Shown: positions 1 through 9,280, numbered from the stretch's first letter. The stretch is DNA of 64,000 nt from Arcanobacterium sp. (GCA_022778805.1 JALFSN010000006.1:153008-217007); one strand, 5' to 3'. Translations and numbers: made by a program. The notes: generated by a model not told the origin, from the letters alone.

Positions 1-787
1 TGGGCGAAACACCGAAGCGGAAAAAGACGTGGTGGTCAATTCTCAGCTGCGCTGGCCCGATGTGGCATTTGAGATTCGCCAAGTGCTGGTACAAGGCTCG
101 GGCGCCGTTTCAGCGATAATCACTGCGCTCGCACAGCTTGACGCCGATCCGGAGGTGGACGTGATTGTGCTCGCCCGTGGCGGCGGCTCACCTGAGGATC
201 TCTTGCCTTTCTCAGATGAGACATTGGTGCGCGCGGTGGCAGCAGCCCACACTCCCATCGTCTCTGCCATTGGGCATGAGGCAGATAATCCACTCGTCGA
301 TTTTGTGGCTGACGTGCGAGCTTCCACTCCCACAGACGCCGCCCGCGCACTCGTGCCTGACGTTTCTGAAGAGCGGCGGCTGCTCGCTGCCGATCTGGAG
401 CGTGGACGGCGAGCCATCTACAACCGCTTGCACCTGGCCAGCGCAGATATTGCCCAACTGCGGGGGCATCCGGCACTTGCCAATCCGGAGCGAAGTATTG
501 ATGCCCGCTACGAAGATGTATCGCAGCTTATCGCGTGGGGGCGCACTCATATTGGTGCAGCTCTCGATGCCCACGCGCACGCCGTCACTAGCGAGCTCAC
601 ACAGTTACGGACCTTATCCCCACTTTCCACGCTGAAACGTGGATACAGTATTTTACGTAGCACGGACGGTAATATCGTGAGTTCTGTGCGAGAGACGAGC
701 AAAGGCGCACGACTCCAAGCGCTCATGCGCGATGGACAGGTGGCGATACGAGTGGAAGACACGAGCGAAGGCGAGATTGCACAATGA
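1..787 (+). CDS. xseA: Exodeoxyribonuclease VII large subunit, C-terminal part (5' end outside window)
   Basis: The frame is open to the window edge. VLARGGGSPEDLLPFSDE...AIGHEADNPLVDFVADVRASTPTDAA matches the XseA core. The stop overlaps the xseB start (ATGA). Confidence 0.85.
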   Translation, partial: GRNTEAEKDVVVNSQLRWPDVAFEIRQVLVQGSGAVSAIITALAQLDADPEVDVIVLARGGGSPEDLLPFSDETLVRAVAAAHTPIVSAIGHEADNPLVDFVADVRASTPTDAARALVPDVSEERRLLAADLERGRRAIYNRLHLASADIAQLRGHPALANPERSIDARYEDVSQLIAWGRTHIGAALDAHAHAVTSELTQLRTLSPLSTLKRGYSILRSTDGNIVSSVRETSKGARLQALMRDGQVAIRVEDTSEGEIAQ

Positions 788-1080
788 ATGATGCGGTACG
801 TGAGGCTCAGCAGCTTTCCTCTTCACGCGCACTAGATGCTGCTGTTGCCCAGCTCAGCTATGAGGAAGCGCGCAGTCAGCTCGTCGCTATCGTCGCTCAG
901 CTGGAGCAAGGGAATATCCCACTTGAACAAAGCCTTGATCTATGGGAGAGAGGCGAAGCGCTGGCGCGCAGATGCGAATCCTGGCTCGCTGGAGCGAGAG
1001 AGAGATTGGCAGCAGCCCAGACAGCTACTGAAGCTGCCCACACACATGCAGACCAGGAAGAAACTGAGGCAAATTCATGA
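784..1080 (+). CDS. xseB: Exodeoxyribonuclease VII small subunit
   Basis: 98 aa. LSYEEARSQLVAIVAQLEQGNIPLEQSLDLWERGEALARRC is the typical XseB helical hairpin. The gene is translationally coupled to xseA. Confidence 0.85.
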   Translation: MNDAVREAQQLSSSRALDAAVAQLSYEEARSQLVAIVAQLEQGNIPLEQSLDLWERGEALARRCESWLAGARERLAAAQTATEAAHTHADQEETEANS

Positions 1081-2060
1081 ACATGTTGGTGATTGGCGAA
1101 GCGCTCATAGACGTCATATATGATGCGCAAGGCACGCTCATCGGCCGCTATCCAGGAGGCTCTCCCCTCAATGTGGCTGTCGGTTTGAGTCGGCTCGGGC
1201 GCGAAACGGCTCTGCTCACCCGTATTGGTGACGACGCCCCTGGAGATGTCCTCGTCGATCACTTAGGCGCCTCCAACGTCACCCTCGTGAAAGGCTCAGT
1301 GAGCGGCGAGCCCACCTCAATGGCGTATGCCCACGTGGATGAGCATGGCCATGCCAACTACGACTTCGATATCCGCTCTTCTTTCCCCGCTCCCCCGACT
1401 GATCCTGTAGAACGCGAACAGCTCCTAGCGGATGCTCCGCGGCACGTGCATATTGGATCAATCGGCGCACATCTCATGCCTGGAGCCGAAACCGTGCGGG
1501 AATGGCTCACCTTTTACCGTGGTACGTCCACCATTTCTTACGATCCGAATGTGCGCATTGGCCTCGCTGGCACCGCCGAAGAGTATCGGCAGCAGATTGA
1601 GCAGTATGCCACTATGGTGGATGTGCTCAAAGCGAGTATTGAAGATCTCGAACTGTGCTATGGCCAGATGGACAAGCAGGCTCTGCGCGATCTCGCACAT
1701 CATTACCTCGATTCCGGCGTCTCGCTAGTCGTCCTCACTGAGGGATCTCGCGGGCTGAATCTCTTCACAGCAGACCACACGATTCACGCAGATTCCATCC
1801 CCGTCACTGTGGTTGATACAGTCGGTGCCGGCGACTCCCTCACCTCTGCGCTTATTGACGGCCTAGCTCGCCTCTCAGTGCTCGGCCGAGCAGACGTCGG
1901 ACGGATTCGCCAGCAGTCGGCGTCACTCTTGACCTCGCTCGGCACTTATTGTGCGACGGCGGCGGGAATCACCGTCACCCGCGCAGGAGCAAATCCACCC
2001 ACTCGCCGTGAGATTTCGGCTCATTCGTACAGCTACGCCGTCGAGGGCTCAATCTTCTGA
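1077..2060 (+). CDS. PfkB-family carbohydrate kinase (fructokinase-like)
   Basis: 327 aa with a C-terminal DTVGAGDS PfkB signature. ATGA overlap with the xseB stop. Confidence 0.75.
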   Translation: MNMLVIGEALIDVIYDAQGTLIGRYPGGSPLNVAVGLSRLGRETALLTRIGDDAPGDVLVDHLGASNVTLVKGSVSGEPTSMAYAHVDEHGHANYDFDIRSSFPAPPTDPVEREQLLADAPRHVHIGSIGAHLMPGAETVREWLTFYRGTSTISYDPNVRIGLAGTAEEYRQQIEQYATMVDVLKASIEDLELCYGQMDKQALRDLAHHYLDSGVSLVVLTEGSRGLNLFTADHTIHADSIPVTVVDTVGAGDSLTSALIDGLARLSVLGRADVGRIRQQSASLLTSLGTYCATAAGITVTRAGANPPTRREISAHSYSYAVEGSIF

Positions 2061-2189
2061 TCTGCAGCGGATAGGTGCGCGAGAGCTATCAGGTGCAGCT
2101 ATGCCCACCTGTATACACTTGGTGCTGCGACAGTTGGCTCTCCCTAATTTCGCAGCGCCTCTCCGATTCTCGTAGCACTTATCTGGCGG

Positions 2190-2957
2190 CTATTTTCCGT
2201 GACGGCGTTCCCGCTGCGAGTAACTGCGCAGCGCACGTAAAAAGTCGGTGCGGCGAAAATCTGGCCAATACGTCTCAGCGAAATAGAACTCCGTATGCAC
2301 GGCTTGCCAAATCATAAAGCCACTCATGCGCTGCTCGCCGCTAGTGCGGATAATGAGATCCGGATCCGGCTGGCCTTTGGTGTACATGTGACTCGTGATG
2401 CTGTCGATCGTCACCTCGTCTGCCACCTGGGCAAGAGTACATCCTTGATCGGCTTTTTCATGCAGATATTCGCGCACCGCTTGAGTGATTTCCTGGCGTC
2501 CGCCGTAGCCGATAGCCACATTGACAATGAGCCGATCCAGCTCATCGGTGGCGTGCACCGCTTGGGTGATACGCTCGGCAGCTGCCGATGGTAAAAGGGC
2601 GAGATCTCCCATTACTCTCAGCTGCCACCGTCCGCTGGCAGCTAGCGTTTCCACCAGACTCACGATGATATCAATTAACTCGTCGAGCTCACCCTGGGCG
2701 CGTTTGAGATTGTCAGTAGACAGCAGCCAGAGCGTCACAATCTCAATCCCGACATCTTCACACCAGCCAAGCACCTCAACCACGTGGTTGGCGCCCTTGC
2801 GATGCCCACTCACCGGAGGGATACCCAGCTGTTTTGCCCAGCGGCGGTTGCCATCGAGAATAATGCCAATATGGCGTGGCACTGCCGAGCGATCAATCTG
2901 CTTTGCCAGATTACGCTCGTAAATCGTGTACAAAAATTCAGGCCGCCACATGCCCAT
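2190..2957 (-). CDS. uppS: Isoprenyl transferase (cis-prenyltransferase, UppS family)
   Basis: 255 aa with HIGIILDGNRRWA and IRTSGEQRMSGFMIWQ motifs. It is divergent from a hemolysin-III gene, as in mycobacterial Rv1086/Rv1085c. Confidence 0.85.
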   Translation of the reverse strand: MGMWRPEFLYTIYERNLAKQIDRSAVPRHIGIILDGNRRWAKQLGIPPVSGHRKGANHVVEVLGWCEDVGIEIVTLWLLSTDNLKRAQGELDELIDIIVSLVETLAASGRWQLRVMGDLALLPSAAAERITQAVHATDELDRLIVNVAIGYGGRQEITQAVREYLHEKADQGCTLAQVADEVTIDSITSHMYTKGQPDPDLIIRTSGEQRMSGFMIWQAVHTEFYFAETYWPDFRRTDFLRALRSYSQRERRHGK

Positions 2958-3025
2958 TAGTCTAGCGCAGGAAGCTGCGAGGCAAATACCAGGGATATAT
3001 AATACGGTGAGATGGAGGAAGTCGT

Positions 3026-3760
3026 ATGAGCATAATTGACCAGCACCACGTCACCGAATCGCAGCCGCACCCCACTGCCGCCCGTGAGACGAGCAGCGCC
3101 GCCGTCACGGCTATGACTCTCGTCAAGACGAAGCTGCGTGGCTGGATTCATGCGTTCACCACCCCACTTGCGCTGGCAAACGCCATTGTGTTGATCTGTC
3201 TTGCTCCCACCCCCACCCTGAAGTGGGCATGTGCCGTCTTTGGCCTGTGCAGCTTGATTCTCTTTGGAATCTCCGCCACCTACCACTTGGGCACGTGGAA
3301 ACCGATCGTGCTGCGCACACTCAAACGAATGGATCACTCCAATATCTTTCTGCTCATCGCTGGCACGTACACACCCCTCTCGATTGCAGGGCTCACGGGC
3401 TCTGATCTGGCAATTTGCCTGGGAGTCGTGTGGGGCGGAGCCATCGCCGGAATTTTGATGGAAATTTTCTGGGTGACCGCACCGCGCGTCTTGCGCGTCG
3501 TCGTGTATGTGCTACTGGGATGGGTAGCCGTCTGGTTTATGCCACAGCTGTGGGCTAGCGAGGGACCTGCCGTGCTCTGGCTGCTGATCGCCGGCGGCTT
3601 GTGCTACACCATTGGCGCAGTCTTTTACGCTATTAAAAAGCCAAATCCCTGGCCACGGTACTTCGGATTCCACGAATTTTTCCACACCGGCACCGTCCTG
3701 GGATACGCCTGCCACGCCGTCGCTATCTGGCTCGCCGTCATGACGTACACTGCCCCGTAA
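3026..3760 (+). CDS. Hemolysin III / PAQR family membrane protein
   Basis: 244 aa and multi-TM, with His-rich PAQR motifs (SATYHLG, MDHSNIFLLIAGTYTP, FHEFFHTG). GGAGGA RBS upstream of the ATG. Confidence 0.8.
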   Translation: MSIIDQHHVTESQPHPTAARETSSAAVTAMTLVKTKLRGWIHAFTTPLALANAIVLICLAPTPTLKWACAVFGLCSLILFGISATYHLGTWKPIVLRTLKRMDHSNIFLLIAGTYTPLSIAGLTGSDLAICLGVVWGGAIAGILMEIFWVTAPRVLRVVVYVLLGWVAVWFMPQLWASEGPAVLWLLIAGGLCYTIGAVFYAIKKPNPWPRYFGFHEFFHTGTVLGYACHAVAIWLAVMTYTAP

Positions 3761-3843
3761 TCAACGTGGAAACTAACCGGTACGAGCGACGAGAGCTGAA
3801 AGTTCGCAGCCGGCTAAAATTGCGCACTATCTGCACTGAGACC

Positions 3844-3872
3844 TTGGAAATAGCCGAAAAGGATGGTAGTCT
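3844..3872 (+). promoter_or_regulatory. Putative sigma-70-type promoter upstream of the greA leader
   Basis: TTGGAA (3844-3849), a 17-nt spacer ending in TGG (extended -10), then TAGTCT (3867-3872). Confidence 0.3.
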
Positions 3873-3885
3873 CGTGCGCTAGATA

Positions 3886-3916
3886 GCACATGCCACAGTG
3901 GCATGTGTGTTTTTTT
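3886..3916 (+). terminator. Intrinsic terminator (hlyIII 3' end and/or greA leader attenuator)
   Basis: Perfect 9-bp stem CACATGCCA / TGGCATGTG with a 3-nt loop, followed by TGTTTTTTT. It lies 76 nt upstream of the greA ATG. Confidence 0.7.
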
Positions 3917-3991
3917 CATGACGCCGGAAGCATTCCTGCTCTGCGCAGGTTCATCTCTCGCATCGGCGTCATCCATACAAGGAGGTTTGCG

Positions 3992-4471
3992 ATGGCAGAT
4001 ACCGGAACCACATGGCTCTCACGAGATAGCTATGAGCGCCTCTCCGCCGAGCTTGAGACGATGAAAACGAAGACTCGTGCAGAGATCGTTGAACGCATCG
4101 AGGCAGCACGCTCTGAAGGTGATCTTTCCGAAAATGGGGGCTATCACGCCGCCCGCGAGGAGCAGGCCAAGCTGGAAGGACGTATCCAAGAGCTCACGTA
4201 TCTGCTCGAACACGCAGAAGTGGGAGAGAACCCCACCAGCGTAGAAACCGTTGCTCCTGGCCTGGTGATTACTGCAGAAGTGAATGGCAAGCACAAGCAT
4301 TTCTTGCTTGGTTCTCGTGAAGCTGCCACCGACGTAGATATCGACGTTTTCCCAGAGACGGCTCCTATGGGGGCTGCCATTTTGGGCTTAAAAGCTGGCG
4401 AAGAGACGTCATACGTAGCTCCGAATGGTAAAGAGTTTCAGGTGAAAGTACTCAAGATTGAGACTCTCTGA
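3992..4471 (+). CDS. greA: Transcription elongation factor GreA
   Basis: 159 aa from ATG 3992, preceded by AAGGAGG. N-terminal coiled coil (SYERLSAELETMK...GDLSENGGYHAAREEQ) plus a C-terminal globular domain. The longer track ORF starting at 3890 runs through the terminator hairpin. Confidence 0.9.
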   Translation: MADTGTTWLSRDSYERLSAELETMKTKTRAEIVERIEAARSEGDLSENGGYHAAREEQAKLEGRIQELTYLLEHAEVGENPTSVETVAPGLVITAEVNGKHKHFLLGSREAATDVDIDVFPETAPMGAAILGLKAGEETSYVAPNGKEFQVKVLKIETL

Positions 4472-4556
4472 AGACTCTCTGACGTAAGGCTCTTCAGCCG
4501 CGCACCTAACCATATAACAGCACGCAGTATATACCGCATAGCAGAAAGGAACGCCG

Positions 4557-4970
4557 ATGGCAGATGAAACAGCTCTTCCCACGGTTCGCGGCGATTTCGG
4601 ACAGACTCCAGAACTCGTCTTCCCGCAGGGAGCTGAGGCTCCGCGCGGACTGAAAGTAGCTATCTTGCATGAGGGAGATGGCTCCGTAATCGTCGCTGGC
4701 CAAGAGGTGGAAGTGAACTACCACGGCCAGATCTGGAACGGACAAATCTTTGATTCCTCTTATTATCGCGGCCAGCCCGCCCGTTTCCCCATCGGCGTGG
4801 GCATGGTGATCCAGGGTTGGGATCAAGCTCTCGTAGGGAAAACTGTGGGCAGCCGAATCCTGATCAGCGTGCCGCCGTCGAAAGGATACGGCTCGAACGG
4901 TAATCCGCGCGCCGGCATTCTAGGCACCGACACGTTAGTGTTCGTCGTCGATATTCTCGCTGCCAAATAA
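4557..4970 (+). CDS. FKBP-type peptidyl-prolyl cis-trans isomerase
   Basis: 137 aa. GQIFDSSYYRGQPARFPIGVGMVIQGWDQALVG...GYG is the FKBP fold signature. Confidence 0.85.
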   Translation: MADETALPTVRGDFGQTPELVFPQGAEAPRGLKVAILHEGDGSVIVAGQEVEVNYHGQIWNGQIFDSSYYRGQPARFPIGVGMVIQGWDQALVGKTVGSRILISVPPSKGYGSNGNPRAGILGTDTLVFVVDILAAK

Positions 4971-5186
4971 CGGCGGCAATCAGCGGCAGGAACACCAGCG
5001 GCAGCAATAGGAACATCAGCAGCAGGTTGCCGTTCTTTCATCATCCTTTCCTTTGCCAGCTTGCTGCTGCTCGCTAGCGTATGCGCGCTGGCAAATGCGC
5101 TGCTGGCGTGTTTATGCGCACTGCCAATAGTGTCTATTCGCTGTTGGTACGCGTTGATTACTGTTGCACATACGCTAGCTAAACGA

Positions 5187-5214
5187 GGGGCGGGCTGCTC
5201 AAGCAGCCCGCCCC
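5187..5214. terminator. GC-rich stem-loop between convergent genes (bidirectional terminator candidate)
   Basis: Perfect 12-bp stem GGGGCGGGCTGC / GCAGCCCGCCCC with loop TCAA, between the FKBP (+) and BI-1 (-) 3' ends. U-tracts are weak on both strands. Confidence 0.5.
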
Positions 5215-5234
5215 AGCGTATGTTGTGTATGCGA

Positions 5235-6140
5235 TCAGTTGTCGCTGGCGAAAATGGCCGCGATGCGCAATACCTCCACGTAAATCCACAGAATCGTCAT
5301 AACGATGCCGATTCCCGTCGTCCACGCAAATTCTTTTGGTGCACCATTAGCAACGGCATATTGGACAGTCTCGAAATCATTAATCAGCATATACGCTGCG
5401 ATAAAAATCATGACTGCGCCGAGTAAAATGCCCAGCGTCGGATTTGAGAAGTAGAGATTATTGCCGGTAAAAGCCGTAATGAAGATATTTACGATGCCGA
5501 AAATGATCCCTGCCAGTGCAACAATCATCACGTACTTCATGCCCTTAGCCGTTGTGCGGACTTTACCCGAATAGTGCAGGGCAAGTGTGACGCCAACGAC
5601 TACAGTCGTGCCAAGAATCGCCTCCATGGCCACGCCAGGATAAATCAGGTCAAAGACTCCGGTGAGTCCGCCGAGGGCCACTCCCTCTAACGCAGCGTAT
5701 GCGATGGCCAACCCCGAGGGAACCATAGGCTTAAAAGCAATCACCATGCCCACAATAAAGGCAGCCAACGTACTTATCATGGCCAGGCTGAGCATCGCCG
5801 ATGGATTCATTCCCAGCAACATCACGGTGAGCACTCCCGCCAGCACCGTGATGCCTAGCAAAATCCCCGTCTTGTTCATAGCATCGCGGTAGCTCATCGT
5901 CTCTACGCCAGTATTCGCTGGCGCAAAAGCGCCAGCCTGTGCTGCCTGAGCCTGAAAAGCTGCCTCCTGCGCAGCAAATGAGTCTCCATAGCGCTGCTGA
6001 TATGAGGGAGCGCCATATTGCTGTGCGTAGTCAGTCTGATACTGCATGCCATACTGATTAGGTGTCGGCTGCGAATACTGATTCGGCCGCACACCCGTAT
6101 TGCGAAAATACGGATTCTTGCTCATCACTGGATTGCTCAT
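5235..6140 (-). CDS. Bax inhibitor-1/YccA family membrane protein
   Basis: 301 aa from ATG 6140 (GGAGAAGGAG RBS). Q/Y-rich N-terminal tail followed by about 7 TM helices typical of BI-1/YccA. Confidence 0.8.
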   Translation of the reverse strand: MSNPVMSKNPYFRNTGVRPNQYSQPTPNQYGMQYQTDYAQQYGAPSYQQRYGDSFAAQEAAFQAQAAQAGAFAPANTGVETMSYRDAMNKTGILLGITVLAGVLTVMLLGMNPSAMLSLAMISTLAAFIVGMVIAFKPMVPSGLAIAYAALEGVALGGLTGVFDLIYPGVAMEAILGTTVVVGVTLALHYSGKVRTTAKGMKYVMIVALAGIIFGIVNIFITAFTGNNLYFSNPTLGILLGAVMIFIAAYMLINDFETVQYAVANGAPKEFAWTTGIGIVMTILWIYVEVLRIAAIFASDN

Positions 6141-6448
6141 GGTGACTCCTTCTCCATCACGAACGTTGTGGAAGCAGATTCGCCTCGGCACATGCCACAT
6201 CGTCTACGCATCGTCATGTACACACACCGCGCTTTCGAGCTTCCGCTGCTGGCTTTATTCTAACGAAAAATAGCGACAGCGCCGCCACTAAATTTCCACA
6301 GGCGAACAATTGCCAGCAATTTCCCAGCAAAATGCTGCCAAACCGTTGCGCGTCAGCTACGCGCTAGCACTAAGCCTGAGCCGTCAATCTTTCCGCAACT
6401 AGCAGTGCGCGTTGAAGCCCCCAGCGTGGAGAGCATTCCAGCCTGCCG

Positions 6449-7867
6449 CTAAGCCTCCTGCGGCTGAAGATTGTTGGTTCTGATTGCCCGAGCGCGCAGC
6501 ATGTTTGACGCCGCAAGCGCCAGCACCCCCACCACGATCAGGCCACCAATCACATGAGCCACGAGTGACTGTGCAATCAGCAGCAGACACATAGCGACGA
6601 GGATTGGCACCAAGTGCTCGAAAGAACGCAGGATGTAGCCGCCGAAGCTCGGCATATTCACCCCGCGCGAATCCGCCACCGACTTCACCATGAAATTCGG
6701 CCCATTGCCAATGTACGTAATTGCCCCGCAGAAGACGGCTCCCACGGAAATCGAAATCAGATATGGCTCGGGGACCCCTGCCACTAGCGTGACTCCTGGG
6801 AGTTCGAGCGTGCGAGCCATTTCAAAGAATGTCAGATACGTCGGAGCGTTATCGAGCACCGATGAGAGCGAACCCGTGAAAGCAAAGAGCGTGATTCGAT
6901 TGAGCGGCAAACTCGGAGCCACCTGCGCCAAGAATTTCAAGGCCGGCATCATCGTGAGGAAAATTCCGATAAAGAGTGTGGCCACTTCAGCAATTGGCCC
7001 CCATTCAAACTCATTATCACCAAAGCGCACCGACTTCTGCGTCAAGAAGAATGACGCCGCTGCCGCCCCTAGCATGAGTAGCTCGCGCAACGGCAGCACC
7101 TGCATAATGCCAGCAGTGCCCTGCTCAATAGCGTGCAAATCAACAGAGGGAACGACTGCCACCGCTACGACGATCACGGCCAGCCACAGGAAGTTCAGCG
7201 CTCCGCGCACTGCGAGCGGCTCTCTCTCCGTTTCGTCAGCTCGGATAGCCTGCTCTGGCTCGCTGGCATACAAGCGACAGTCAAGAGCGTAATAGGAGAT
7301 GAGCAGCAAACCATTGACGAACAGCCACTCCACCCACAGCCGCAGCGTCCAGGTAAACGGCACGCCAGCAAGGAATCCCAGGAAGAGCGGCGGATCTCCT
7401 AGCGGCGTCAGCAAGCCGCCGCAGTTTGCCACCGCGAAGATGAGAAAGAGCACCGTATGTGCCTTGTGTGTGCGCTCTTTATTCGTGTTGAGCACAGGCC
7501 GGATAAAGAGCATCGCTGCTCCGGTGGTGCCGATAAAGGAAGCCAAGACCGTCCCTGCCGCGAGGAAAAGAGTGTTGTTGCGCGGGGTGGCTTGAATATC
7601 GCCGGCGAGGAAAATACCCCCAGAGACGACGAAGAGCGCAAACAGCAGCGTGATGAACTGCAGATACTCCCACAGCTTATCTACGACGAAACCTTGCTCA
7701 CCGCCGATCAATAGCCACATCGCCACCGGCACTCCAAGAATGAGTGAGAATGCCAGCTGGAAACTCCGCTTTTCCCAGTGCCTGGCCATCGCCGGCCAGA
7801 GCGGGAAAACGGCAATGCCAAGCAGCATCACGACGAATGGGATAATTGACCAAGCCTGAAACGTCAC
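6449..7867 (-). CDS. ArsB/NhaD-superfamily ion transporter (putative Na+/H+ antiporter)
   Basis: 472 aa polytopic membrane protein. GTG start preceded by AAGGGGAAG. The family call comes from overall sequence character only. Confidence 0.55.
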   Translation of the reverse strand: MTFQAWSIIPFVVMLLGIAVFPLWPAMARHWEKRSFQLAFSLILGVPVAMWLLIGGEQGFVVDKLWEYLQFITLLFALFVVSGGIFLAGDIQATPRNNTLFLAAGTVLASFIGTTGAAMLFIRPVLNTNKERTHKAHTVLFLIFAVANCGGLLTPLGDPPLFLGFLAGVPFTWTLRLWVEWLFVNGLLLISYYALDCRLYASEPEQAIRADETEREPLAVRGALNFLWLAVIVVAVAVVPSVDLHAIEQGTAGIMQVLPLRELLMLGAAAASFFLTQKSVRFGDNEFEWGPIAEVATLFIGIFLTMMPALKFLAQVAPSLPLNRITLFAFTGSLSSVLDNAPTYLTFFEMARTLELPGVTLVAGVPEPYLISISVGAVFCGAITYIGNGPNFMVKSVADSRGVNMPSFGGYILRSFEHLVPILVAMCLLLIAQSLVAHVIGGLIVVGVLALAASNMLRARAIRTNNLQPQEA

Positions 7868-7974
7868 GATTATTCTTCCCCTTTAGATAGCGCGCTACAC
7901 GCCAAACTGCGCAGCAGTGCACGCCCCTCCAGGCATCACGCTACTTTTCGGCTAACAGTAGCTGACTCTAAAAG

Positions 7975-8048
7975 TACTCCCAGTGGGATTCGAACCCACA
8001 CTGTGCAGATTTTAAGTCTGCTGCCTCTACCGGTTGGGCTATGGGAGC
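7975..8048 (-). tRNA. tRNA with anticodon UAA (Leu codons UUA/UUG) but class-I architecture (5-nt variable loop)
   Basis: Reverse complement is GCTCCCA TA GCCC AACCGGTAG AGGC A GCAGA CTTAAAA TCTGC ACAGT GTGGG TTCGAAT CCCAC TGGGAGT A. All four arms fold. G1:U72 pair, A73 discriminator, no encoded CCA. Confidence 0.75.
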
Positions 8049-8189
8049 ATATGTCCCAGTGTACTAGAGCTATCGCAGCAGCGAAAACTACGGCTACACT
8101 ACAGCTGTGGCTCCGCCAACCTAGCTGCTTGAGAAGAGCCGCATCGGCGAACCGTGAGCAGCCTCCTCAGCTCCTATAGACTGCGCATT

Positions 8190-9191
8190 TCATCTCATAG
8201 GCTGCACATCCCGAGCAGCCCACAGCGCCAAGCCATCGAGAATGTCGTGCTCGCTCACCACTACGGAATGCAGCTCATGACCTGCTTCCCTGGTGCGCTC
8301 TACGATTCGGTGTACGACTTCTTGCCACACGAGCGCGCCCGCCCCAATCACGTCAGCACGGCCAGGAGCCATGAATCCTAGCTGGGCATGTTGAGCCACA
8401 GTGCTGTCCATAAACCACTCACACACCTGATCGATCTGTGCGATGCTGAGTTCCATGCCATGAATCCGCTGTGGCTCATAGCTTGCCAGCCCCAACGCCT
8501 GCGCCGTGATTGTCGTCACCGTACCAGCCAAACCAATAACGGCGCGTGCCTGCCCCAGATCGACGTGCCGCTCTGCGCGATCTAAATAGTCTCGCACTGC
8601 CTGCCGAGCTGCCTGCTTTTCCGCATCCGTGGGCGGATCTGAGTGCAGATATCGCTCCCGCATCCGCACGCTGCCCACATTCATGGAGTAGCTCGAATAA
8701 ATCTGCCCATTCTCGGCACTGCCGAGCACCAGCTCCGTGCTACCGCCGCCCAAATCGACTGCCACCACTGGAGATGGCAGCTCTTTCAGCCCGCCAGCAT
8801 CTAATGCAGAGGTGGCTCCCAGAAAGCTCGTCGCCGCTTCCTGCTCTCCACTGAGCACCTGCGGCTCCACTCCTAATTCACGCACAACGGCGTCAATAAA
8901 TATATTGCGATTCGTGGCGTCCCTCGTCGCACTCGTCGCCGCAAAGCGCAACGACTCCACACTATATTCGCGGCACAGCTGCCCATACTCGCGCACTTTC
9001 GCCACCGTGCGCTCCAGAGCGTCCTCAGCAAAAGCTCCAGTGTGATCGACCCCCTGGCCGAGACGTACGACGTCCATCGTGCGCACACAATCTTTCAGCG
9101 CTGCGCCGCCAGCTGCACTACTATCTGCTGGCACATCAGCAATCAACAGCCGAATCGTGTTTGTGCCACAATCAATTCCCGCCACTCTCAT
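8190..9191 (-). CDS. ppx: Ppx/GppA family exopolyphosphatase
   Basis: 333 aa with MRVAGIDCGTNTIRLLIADV and DLGGGSTELV ASKHA-fold motifs. Conserved eno-ftsB-DUF501-ppx order. Confidence 0.85.
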   Translation of the reverse strand: MRVAGIDCGTNTIRLLIADVPADSSAAGGAALKDCVRTMDVVRLGQGVDHTGAFAEDALERTVAKVREYGQLCREYSVESLRFAATSATRDATNRNIFIDAVVRELGVEPQVLSGEQEAATSFLGATSALDAGGLKELPSPVVAVDLGGGSTELVLGSAENGQIYSSYSMNVGSVRMRERYLHSDPPTDAEKQAARQAVRDYLDRAERHVDLGQARAVIGLAGTVTTITAQALGLASYEPQRIHGMELSIAQIDQVCEWFMDSTVAQHAQLGFMAPGRADVIGAGALVWQEVVHRIVERTREAGHELHSVVVSEHDILDGLALWAARDVQPMR

Positions 9192-9280
9192 AGTGCAATT
9201 TTGCCACTCTCGCTCGGCCGAATTCGAGCTAGATAGCTGTGGCGTGCAGCTATACGCCGCCAGCTAGACGCCGGTGTGCA

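Noticed and set aside
3890-3991. N-terminal extension of greA in the ORF track (MPQWHVCFF...)
   Set aside because: The extension is translated from the terminator hairpin and T-tract. The canonical GreA N-terminus starts at ATG 3992 with an AAGGAGG RBS.
5061-5426. 121-aa plus-strand ORF in the FKBP/BI-1 spacer
   Set aside because: It overlaps the terminator hairpin and the 3' end of the BI-1 gene on the opposite strand, and has no RBS or motif.
7868-8189. tRNA-associated genomic island or prophage attachment at either tRNA (also 20307-20560)
   Set aside because: No integrase, direct repeat of the tRNA 3' end, or compositional break is visible next to either tRNA. The flanking genes are conserved housekeeping genes.
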